Part shown: piece by piece, positions 56,612-64,000 of the stretch
How positions within the stretch are numbered: the first letter of the stretch is position 1
Layout: each line of letters opens with the position of its first letter
Assembly: GCA_965199855.1 (NCBI GenBank)
Contig: OZ241326.1
Span: 2,208,001 to 2,272,000 of the forward strand
Direction of reading: 5' to 3'
Length of the DNA stretch: 64,000 bases
Origin: a bacterium
GTDB lineage: Bacteria > UBA8248
Position numbers and translations under genes: made by a program
The notes under the pieces: generated by a model
What the model was told of the DNA's origin: nothing
Seen by the model: the letters and a program-made list of their open reading frames with translations, nothing else
Databases searched by the model: none

Positions 56612-57646
56612 TCACCTCCTCCCGCTCCCGGCCATGCGGGCGGCGAGGAGGAGGGCGTCCACCATGCTGGCGTGATCCGCCGCGCCCTCCCCCGCGATGG
56701 GAAACCCCGTCCCGTGCTCCACCGAGGTTCTGACGATGGGCAGGCCCAGCGTCACGTTGACGCCGCGCACGGCGGCGCGCCCGCTCGCGTCGAAGCGAAA
56801 GCACATGAGCTTGCCGGGAATGTGTCCCTGGTCGTGATACATGGCCACGACGCCGTCGTAGCGTCCGCCCCGCAGCTCCGCGAAAATCGTGTCCGGCGGC
56901 GCGGGGCCATGCGCGTCAACCCCCGCCTCCCGCAAATCCGAGACGGCGGGGGCTATCTCCCGCGCCTCCTCCTCCCCGAACAGGCCGGATTCCCCCGCGT
57001 GGGGGTTGAGGCCCGCGACGCCGACGCGGGGCGCCCTGCGATCCAGCCGGCGCAGGGCGTCGGCCAGAACCCGCCCCACGTGGACGATTCGCTTCCTCTT
57101 CACGCGCCTGATCGCCTCCCGGAGCGGGCAGTGGGTGGAGAGGTGGGCGATGCGCATCCTCCCGCGCGCCAGCATCATGACGGGGCGCCCGCCGCCGCAC
57201 AGGTCGGCGAGCATCTCGGTATGCCCCGGATAGTCGTAGCCGCCGGCGCGCAGGGCCTCCTTGCTTATCGGCGCGGTCGCCACGGCGTCCGCCAGACCCG
57301 CGCGCGCCATCGAGACGGCCGCCTCGACGCATTCTCCCGCCGCCCTGCCCAGTTCGGGCAGGACTTTTCCGAAAACCCGGCTCCCGGCGGGGACGTTCCC
57401 CAGGTCCACCACCGGCGTCCGCGCGGACGCCGGACGCGGGGCGCGCGCCTCCTCGCGCGCGATGGATTCCAGCCGCGCGGGAATCCCCATCCTGCGGGCG
57501 TGCCTGCGAAGCGCCGCCACGTCGCCGACGATGAGGGGCGCGCATCTCTTCCGAACGCGGGGTTCGAGGACGGCTTTCAGGCACACCTCCGGCCCCACGC
57601 CCGCCGGATCGCCCATGGTCATCGCTATGACGGGTCGTCCCTTCAC
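56612..57646 (-). CDS. pdxA: 4-hydroxythreonine-4-phosphate dehydrogenase PdxA family
   Basis: TMGDPAGVGPE, TAPISK, GHTE, GLNPHAGE, AMYHDQGH, NVTLGLPIVRTSVEHGT. Confidence 0.93.
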   Translation of the reverse strand: MKGRPVIAMTMGDPAGVGPEVCLKAVLEPRVRKRCAPLIVGDVAALRRHARRMGIPARLESIAREEARAPRPASARTPVVDLGNVPAGSRVFGKVLPELGRAAGECVEAAVSMARAGLADAVATAPISKEALRAGGYDYPGHTEMLADLCGGGRPVMMLARGRMRIAHLSTHCPLREAIRRVKRKRIVHVGRVLADALRRLDRRAPRVGVAGLNPHAGESGLFGEEEAREIAPAVSDLREAGVDAHGPAPPDTIFAELRGGRYDGVVAMYHDQGHIPGKLMCFRFDASGRAAVRGVNVTLGLPIVRTSVEHGTGFPIAGEGAADHASMVDALLLAARMAGSGRR

Positions 57647-57783
57647 GGCGGCCCCTTCCCTCCCTTCGCCCCCTCGGCTCCGGGAGCGCATCGGGGGAAA
57701 CCCTTGACTTCGGCGGCGCGTCCTCCCCAAGATGCGCCTCGCACTATGAAGGCATCCGAAGCCCCCATCAAGAGGAAAACCCC

Positions 57784-58293
57784 TTGGGAGAGAAGGGCGC
57801 GAGCGCGCGGAGGACGACGCGCAAACTCCATGAGCTCGGCTTCACGCACGTCCTGATGATTCCGGACAGCGAGAGCCGGCTCCTTTACGAGGCGCTGGAG
57901 CGCGACGAGAGGATCGACCTCATCACCCCCTGCCGGGAGGGCGAGTCCGTCGCCATCGCCGCGGGGCTCTGGACGGGCGGCCAAAAGCCCCTGCTCGTGA
58001 TTCAGAACACCGGGCTGATGGAGGCGGGAGACGCCCTGCGGGGCTGCGGGACGGGCCCCGGGGCGCCTTTGCGGATGATGGTCGGCTGGCGGGGATACGG
58101 CGGGGCGACCGCCGGAAAGCTGCCGATTGATTCGGCCTACGCCTTCACGGAGCCCCTGCTTGAGGCTTGGAGAATCCCGACCTGGCGGCTCATGTCCGAC
58201 GACGACCTGGGGGCGCTCGACCTGATGGACGAGGCGGCGGCGTCCGCCTCCTACCCGGCGGCCGTCCTCACCGGCTACGGGTTCAGACCATGA
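57784..58293 (+). CDS. ThDP-dependent decarboxylase alpha subunit (ComD/phosphonopyruvate decarboxylase N-terminal-like)
   Basis: IPDS, CREGESVAIAAG, IQNTGL, GWRG. Confidence 0.8.
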   Translation: MGEKGASARRTTRKLHELGFTHVLMIPDSESRLLYEALERDERIDLITPCREGESVAIAAGLWTGGQKPLLVIQNTGLMEAGDALRGCGTGPGAPLRMMVGWRGYGGATAGKLPIDSAYAFTEPLLEAWRIPTWRLMSDDDLGALDLMDEAAASASYPAAVLTGYGFRP

Positions 58294-58306
58294 GGGGCGA
58301 ATCCTC

Positions 58307-58891
58307 TTGATAGAGCGCATGGAGCTGTTCCGGGCGCTGGCCGCGCGCAGGACGGACGAAATCGTGGTGATGACCATGACCGCCACCCTCCAGTGGCCGC
58401 TGGTCTCGAAGAGCGACCTCGATTTCGACTTTCTGGCGTTCGGCATGGGCCACGCCGCCGACTTCGGCCTGGGTCTCGCCCTCGCGCGTCCCGAGCGGAA
58501 GACCATCGTCTGGAAAGGGGACGGGGGACTCCTGATGAGCCTGGGTTCGCTGGTGACGCTGGCGCGCTACGCGCCGGGAAACCTCGTCGTCTTCCTGCTC
58601 GAGAACAGGAGCTACGAGATGGTGGGCGGGCAGGCGCTTCCGCCCCGCGCCGATTTCGTGGAGCTGGCGCGCGCCTCGGGCTTCGAGGGCGGCGGCGCGA
58701 CGGGCGCGGGCAAGGTCGCGCGCGTTGACTCTCTCGAAGGGTTTCAGGACGCCCTGCCGCGGATGCTCGCCGAGCAAGGCCCCCATTTCATCGTTCTTCC
58801 GGTCAAGAACAGCGAGGAGCTCCCGCCCGTGAACCATTCCGACCACGCCGGGAGAATCAGGACGCTGAGAGGGGCGCTGGGCGTCCAGTGA
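58307..58891 (+). CDS. ThDP-dependent decarboxylase beta subunit (ComE-like)
   Basis: MGHA...GLGLALARP, GDGGLLMSLGSL...LENRSY ThDP-binding motif. Confidence 0.82.
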   Translation: MIERMELFRALAARRTDEIVVMTMTATLQWPLVSKSDLDFDFLAFGMGHAADFGLGLALARPERKTIVWKGDGGLLMSLGSLVTLARYAPGNLVVFLLENRSYEMVGGQALPPRADFVELARASGFEGGGATGAGKVARVDSLEGFQDALPRMLAEQGPHFIVLPVKNSEELPPVNHSDHAGRIRTLRGALGVQ

Positions 58892-58934
58892 TCGGCGCGG
58901 GCGGAGAAAGCGCCCGGACCCGCGAGCCTGCGCC

Positions 58935-59624
58935 TCAGTCGAGAGTCAGGACGCTCTCCAGCTCGTCGAGCGAGCGGATTTCCGCGTCGATCTCGTGGGG
59001 AACGCGCTCTTTTTTCTGCGCGAGGCGATTCACCCAGACCACGCGGAACCCGAAGCAGGACGCGCCCGCAACGTCCCACCCGTTCGAGGAGAAGAAGCAG
59101 ATTCTCCCGGCGGGAACGCCGAGCCTGTCCGCCGCCAGCCGATAGGCGTCGGGATGCGTCTTGAAAACGCCCGCCTCCTCCACGGAGAGGACGGCTTCGA
59201 GGTATTCCCCGATTCCGGCGCTTTCCACCGCGCTGGCGAGCATTTCGGGCGATCCGTTCGAGAGAATCGCCGCCCGCGCCCGCTTCTCCCTCAGCCTTTC
59301 CAGGACGCCCCGCACCTCGGGATACGCGCTCAGCCGCCCGTAGAGCGCCATGAGCTCCTCCCGAAGCTTCGGGTCGCCCACGTCCAGCGCGTCCAGGGCG
59401 AAATCGAGCGCGTCGCCCGTCACCCGCCAGAAATCCGCGTGGCGGCCCATCAGGCTCCTCAGCCACGAGTACTCGATCTGCTTCGCGCGCCAGAGCGAGG
59501 AGAGCTCCCGCCACCGCTCGCCCAGCTCCGCCCGCTTTTCCTCCGCCGCCGCGGATACGTCGAACAGCGTGCCGTAGGCGTCGAACACGCAGGCGTCAAC
59601 TTCATGCTCGCCCAGCAGGATCAT
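58935..59624 (-). CDS. Haloacid dehalogenase type II
   Basis: FDAYGTLFDV, WRAKQIEYSW, ILSNG, SSNGWDVAGA. Confidence 0.92.
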   Translation of the reverse strand: MILLGEHEVDACVFDAYGTLFDVSAAAEEKRAELGERWRELSSLWRAKQIEYSWLRSLMGRHADFWRVTGDALDFALDALDVGDPKLREELMALYGRLSAYPEVRGVLERLREKRARAAILSNGSPEMLASAVESAGIGEYLEAVLSVEEAGVFKTHPDAYRLAADRLGVPAGRICFFSSNGWDVAGASCFGFRVVWVNRLAQKKERVPHEIDAEIRSLDELESVLTLD

Positions 59625-59658
59625 CTCGTCCTCCCCGCGTCGAGGCGCGCGCGCCCTC

Positions 59659-60633
59659 TCAAGGCGTCAGATTCACCTTGCCCAGAAACTTTTCGCCCAG
59701 CAGAAGCTCGTGGGAATCGTTCGCCCGCTCCAGGGGAAGTTCCCGCCCGACGTGGGGCTTGACGGCGCCTCTCTCCAGCAGGGGACGCAGGCGCTTGAGG
59801 ATGCCCGGGACGAGCGGATTCAGATTCCCCGAGGAGAGCGCGAGAATCCTGGCGTCGCGGCCCATGGCCGCCGGCAGGGAAATCGCCGCGTCGGGCCCCT
59901 TGCCCGTCCCCGTTCCGACGACGACGATTCGGCCGTTGACGGCGATGAGCTCCAGGTCCGCGGGCAGGTTCTCGCAGGCCGCGGTTTCGACGACCACGTC
60001 CGCGCCGCGTCCGGCACTCAGCTCCATGACGCGCCCGGGGACGCTCTCCTCCCTGTAGTTGACGACCGCCCCGGCGCCCGCCGCGAGGCAGAAATCCGCC
60101 TTCTCCTTCGAGCTCGCGGTGGCGAATACCCGGCAGCCCATCGCGCGCGCCAGCTGAATCGCCAGGTGGCCCACGCCGCCCGCGCCCCCCTGGACGAGGA
60201 CGCAGTCGCCCGGCGCCGCCTCTCCCTTGACGACCAGGGCGTTCCAGGCCGTGAGAAGCGGGATGGGCAGGGCGGCGCCCTCGGCGAAGGACATCGCGTC
60301 CGGGAGCCTCCCCGTGGAGGCCGCGGACAGGAGCGCCTTCCCGGCGTATGCCCCCGTCAGGGCGCGGCCCCACACCCGATCCCCCGGGGCGAACGCATCG
60401 ACGCCCTCGCCCACCGCCTCCACCTCGCCGGCTACGTCCGTCCCGCACGTGTAGGGCGGGCGCATCTCGCGGGCGCGCGGATGCTTCCCCGAACGAATGG
60501 CGATTTCCAGGGGATTCACCCCGGCGGCCGCCACGCGCGCGAGAATTTCGCCCGCGCCGGGCCGCGGCTCCTCCGCGTCTTCGAGAACCATGGGATGCTC
60601 AAGTCCGAACCGCGTCACCCGCACCGCCTTCAT
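59659..60633 (-). CDS. NADPH:quinone reductase (zeta-crystallin/MDR family) 1
   Basis: AAGVNP, TAWNAL, VQGGAGGVG, LGKV. Confidence 0.9.
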   Translation of the reverse strand: MKAVRVTRFGLEHPMVLEDAEEPRPGAGEILARVAAAGVNPLEIAIRSGKHPRAREMRPPYTCGTDVAGEVEAVGEGVDAFAPGDRVWGRALTGAYAGKALLSAASTGRLPDAMSFAEGAALPIPLLTAWNALVVKGEAAPGDCVLVQGGAGGVGHLAIQLARAMGCRVFATASSKEKADFCLAAGAGAVVNYREESVPGRVMELSAGRGADVVVETAACENLPADLELIAVNGRIVVVGTGTGKGPDAAISLPAAMGRDARILALSSGNLNPLVPGILKRLRPLLERGAVKPHVGRELPLERANDSHELLLGEKFLGKVNLTP

Positions 60634-60665
60634 GCCGCTCTCCTCATCGCGCCCGGCGCCGCGCC

Positions 60666-61640
60666 TTAGGGGATCAGGACGACCTTCCCGACGAACCGGC
60701 CCTCCAGCACGTGGTCGTGCGCCTCGTTCGCCTCCTCGAAGCGCGCCGTCCTGTCAACGTGGACGCGGAACGCGCCCTCGCGCAGCAGGGGCGCGAAGCG
60801 GCGCACCAGCTCCGGCAGCTTGGGAAACAGGTTCACCACGGCCAGCCCCAGCACCACGGCGTCCTTCGTCATCACGGCCGGAACCCGGAACTCCGCGCCC
60901 GGCCCCTTGCCCGTGCCCGTGCCGATGACGATGATTCTTCCGTCCACGCGGATGGCGTCCAGGTCCCTGTCGAAATTGTCGCACGCGCAAAGCTCGACGA
61001 TGACGTCAACGCCGCGCCCGCCGGTGAGCTCCAGGCAGCGCGCGGCGAAGTCCTCCTCGCGGTAGTTGATCACCGCGTCCGCGCCCAGGCTCCGGCAGAA
61101 TTCCGCCTTCTCCTCCGAGCTCACCGTCGCGAAAACGCGGCACCCCAGACGCCTGGCGAGCTGAATCGCCGCCATGCCGACGCCTCCCGCCCCGCCCTGC
61201 ACCAGCACCGTCTCGCCGGGGCCCGCCGCCGCCTTGATGACGAGCGCGTTCCAGGCCGTATAGAACGCCACCGTGACGCACGCTCCCTCCTCCCAGGAAT
61301 AGGCGTCGGGCAGCTCCGCCGCGGCGTCGGCCGCAAGCCGGACGCGCTCGGCGTAGCTTCCGCCGACGGCGCGGCCATAGACGCGCTGGCCGACTCGCCA
61401 GTTCTCCACCCCCTCGCCCAGGGCGATGACCTCCCCCGCCGCCTCGGCGCCGGGAACGTAGGGCGGCGAAACCAGTTTGGCGTAGGGGTGCCGGGCGGCG
61501 CGGATGGCCAGGTCCACCGGATTGACGCCCACTGCGCCGGTTCGTATCAGCACCTCGCCGGGCTGGGGCGCGGCGTCCTCCACGTCATCCACCCGCATGG
61601 GAACGTCCAGGTTGAATTCATGTACGCGCACCGCTTTCAT
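60666..61640 (-). CDS. NADPH:quinone reductase (zeta-crystallin/MDR family) 2
   Basis: MKAVRVHEF, GVNPVD, TAWNAL, VQGGAGGVG, GKVVL. Confidence 0.9.
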   Translation of the reverse strand: MKAVRVHEFNLDVPMRVDDVEDAAPQPGEVLIRTGAVGVNPVDLAIRAARHPYAKLVSPPYVPGAEAAGEVIALGEGVENWRVGQRVYGRAVGGSYAERVRLAADAAAELPDAYSWEEGACVTVAFYTAWNALVIKAAAGPGETVLVQGGAGGVGMAAIQLARRLGCRVFATVSSEEKAEFCRSLGADAVINYREEDFAARCLELTGGRGVDVIVELCACDNFDRDLDAIRVDGRIIVIGTGTGKGPGAEFRVPAVMTKDAVVLGLAVVNLFPKLPELVRRFAPLLREGAFRVHVDRTARFEEANEAHDHVLEGRFVGKVVLIP

Positions 61641-61736
61641 CAGCCGCTTCGCTCCTCCGTTCGGGAAATCGCCCCGCAAGCCGCCGGACGACAAAAGAGA
61701 CCTGAACCATATCCCATAACCGCGCGCGGGCGAAGC

Positions 61737-62606
61737 CTAGAACGCATCCGACCAGCTTCCGCGGCGGCGCTCGCCCGCGTCGCACGGCGGCGCCGCTCTC
61801 GACGCGGGGAGCGCTCCCGCCGCGGCCGCCGCTCCCGAAGCGAGAAGGGGGGTTCGCTTCGCGCTCCGCGCCGGGCGCGGAGCCGGCGCGCCGACGATCT
61901 CCAGCGCCAGCTTTCTCCTGACGGCGCGCCCGAAGGACCCGAAGCCGTCGGCGACCACCAGAAAGGAGCGCCTGCCCCCGATGACGCATTTTCGATAATA
62001 CAAATCCAGGTTCGGCATCGGGGCTCTCCCCCAGGGGCTGGGCCGGCCGTTCATGATGGGGAGTCCGTTGATCGTCACCCCCGCGCGCAGGGCCTTCGCG
62101 CGCGCCGCGGTCACGAAGTCCCCGCTGTTGTTGGGGCCGTCGCCGGAGATGTCGATGACGCGGCGCTCCCCCCTGAAGCCGCTGCCCTCGAACAGCGTCA
62201 GCGCGAACTCTATCGCGCCGCTTATGGAGGTGTAGGGCCCCCTGCCCACCGGCCTGCGGGCGAGGAGAGCGGCGAACGCCTCGGCACTCGCCCTGTCGTG
62301 AATCCCCCGCCAGCCCACCACGCTGGTCTGAAAATCGTAGCCTGCCCACTCCACGTAGGTCGCCGCGATGCGCTTTCGCCTGCCCGAGCGGATGGCGCGC
62401 AGGACGGAGGGGGAGCGAAAGGCGCTCACGTATCCCATGCGCTGGAGCTTCCCCTCTTCTTCGTCCACGCTGCCGGAGACGTCGATGGCGAGAACCAGCT
62501 CCAGGTCCACGGCGACCTCGGCGGAGCGCGCGAGACCCGCGTGAAGGGAGACAGCGAGCGCCGCCGCCAAAGCCGCCGGAGCGATTCGCGTGAAGGAGCG
62601 AGCCAT
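61737..62606 (-). CDS. DUF1194 vWA-like secreted protein
   Basis: Signal peptide; VDLELVLAIDVSGSVD, VIDISGDGPNN, TINGLPI, VIGG..SF. Confidence 0.88.
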   Translation of the reverse strand: MARSFTRIAPAALAAALAVSLHAGLARSAEVAVDLELVLAIDVSGSVDEEEGKLQRMGYVSAFRSPSVLRAIRSGRRKRIAATYVEWAGYDFQTSVVGWRGIHDRASAEAFAALLARRPVGRGPYTSISGAIEFALTLFEGSGFRGERRVIDISGDGPNNSGDFVTAARAKALRAGVTINGLPIMNGRPSPWGRAPMPNLDLYYRKCVIGGRRSFLVVADGFGSFGRAVRRKLALEIVGAPAPRPARSAKRTPLLASGAAAAAGALPASRAAPPCDAGERRRGSWSDAF

Positions 62607-62770
62607 CGCCTCTCCTGAAGCCTGCGCCTTTCCGCGCCGCGCGGGAACGGCCCGCTCCCCGCGGCGCGCCCCCGGCCGGACGCGGCGCCGGAGGCGCCCG
62701 GTTCGCTCGCGCCCGGAACCGGGCTATCGTAATATGAAACGCTGGGTTGCTTCACCATGGAGAGTTGGCG

Positions 62771-64000
62771 ATGCTCGACCTCAAGCCTCCCGACGCGGCG
62801 ATCGAAATCCTCCGCGCCCTGCGCGCCGCGGGCCACCGGGCGCTTCTCGCGGGAGGCTGCGTGCGCGACGCCCTCCTCGGCCGCGAGCCCAGGGACTGGG
62901 ACATCGCCACGGACGCGGGCCCCGAAGCCGCGCGGACCCTCTTCGAGAAGACCGTGGCCGTGGGCGCGCGGTTCGGCGTCTCGCGCGTCCTGCTGGACGG
63001 CCGGGAGTTCGAGGTGGCGCAGTTCCGGCGGGACGGCGCCTACGAGGACGGCAGGCGGCCCGCCTCGGTTCTTCCCACCAGCGAGGAGGAGGACGCGAGG
63101 CGGCGCGACTTCACCATCAACGGAATGTTCTACGACCCGTTCGAGCGCCGCGCGCTCGACTACGTCGGCGGCCTGCGCGACCTCGACGGAAAAATCATCC
63201 GCGCCATCGGGGACCCGAACCTCCGCTTCCGGGAAGATCATCTGCGGATGATGCGGGCGGCGCGCTTCTCGGCGCGGTTCGGCTTCGACATCGAGCCGGC
63301 GACCGCCGCCGCCGTCCGCGCCAACGCCGGGCGCATCTCCAGAATAAGCCCCGAGAGGATTCAGGAGGAGCTGACGGCGATGCTCACCGGGGAGAATCCC
63401 CATCGCGCCCTCGCCGCGCTGGATTCGCTCGGACTCCTCGAATGCGTCCTGCCCGAGGTCGCCGCCATGAAGGGGGTGGCGCAGCCGCCGGAATTCCACC
63501 CCGAGGGCGACGTCTGGACGCACGTCCTCCTCATGCTGGCGCTCATGCGCGCCCCCTCGCCCGCGCTCGCCTGGGGCGTCCTGCTCCACGACGTCGGAAA
63601 GCCCGCCACCTACGCGGAGGCCGACCGCATCCGCTTCAACGGGCACGACAGGGCGGGGGCGGAGATGAGCGCGAACGTCTGCGGCAGGCTGCGCATGTCC
63701 GGCGCGCGCGCGTCGAGGATTCGGGAGCTGGTCGCCAACCACATGCGCTTCATGCGCGTGGAGAAGATGCGGGAGAGCCGCCTGAAGCGGCTGCTCCGCG
63801 AGCCCTGCTTCGAGGAGCTCCTGGAGCTGCACCGCCTCGACTGCCTCGCCAGCCACGGCGATTTGAGAACCCATGAATTCTGCGTCCGGAAACGGCGCGC
63901 GCTCCGGGAGGAGGCCCTCCGCCCGCCGCGCCTGCTGGACGGCCGCGAACTGATGAAAATGGGCTATCCGCCGGGGCCGGGGCTGGGGGAGATTCTCGCC
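62771..64000 (+). CDS. CCA tRNA nucleotidyltransferase with HD domain (partial, runs off the window end)
   Basis: Manual translation from ATG 62771: AGGCVRDALLG, DWDIATDA, RRDFTING, EDHLRMMRA, HPEGDVWTH, LLHDVGKP. Not in the ORF track. Confidence 0.93.
   Translation, partial: MLDLKPPDAAIEILRALRAAGHRALLAGGCVRDALLGREPRDWDIATDAGPEAARTLFEKTVAVGARFGVSRVLLDGREFEVAQFRRDGAYEDGRRPASVLPTSEEEDARRRDFTINGMFYDPFERRALDYVGGLRDLDGKIIRAIGDPNLRFREDHLRMMRAARFSARFGFDIEPATAAAVRANAGRISRISPERIQEELTAMLTGENPHRALAALDSLGLLECVLPEVAAMKGVAQPPEFHPEGDVWTHVLLMLALMRAPSPALAWGVLLHDVGKPATYAEADRIRFNGHDRAGAEMSANVCGRLRMSGARASRIRELVANHMRFMRVEKMRESRLKRLLREPCFEELLELHRLDCLASHGDLRTHEFCVRKRRALREEALRPPRLLDGRELMKMGYPPGPGLGEILA

Overview
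High-GC bacterial chromosomal window, mostly housekeeping genes. In order: a TCA cluster (icd-mdh-fumarase alpha/beta-sucCD-ndk-SDR), a lower-GC restriction-modification insert, rsmA, lepA-lepB, an HtrA protease, a 6.2-kb block (transaldolase to dGTPase) bracketed by two near-identical 722-bp inverted repeats that each carry a perfect parS-type palindrome and REP-like hairpins, a PyrR-attenuated pyrR-pyrB-pyrC-carA-carB operon, mfd with two SurA/PPIase genes, and a DAHP synthase gene preceded by an unannotated Phe-rich leader-peptide attenuator. The most interesting part is a selenium-centred locus at about 44.6-54.9 kb. It holds two acyl-CoA dehydrogenases, a hidden UGA-recoded UGSC selenoprotein (GrdB/PrdB-like UxxC motif, with a clear SECIS-like hairpin) and its uncharacterised neighbour, then ridA-yqeB-AAA+(MoxR/CbbQ)-vWA-yqeC-xdhC. 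This looks like a selenium/molybdenum-cofactor maturation module with a built-in AAA+/vWA chaperone. The window ends with comF, a broken low-GC gene, pdxA, a split ThDP decarboxylase, a haloacid dehalogenase, two quinone reductases, DUF1194 and a partial CCA-adding enzyme. All calls come from motif recognition by eye; no database searches were run.
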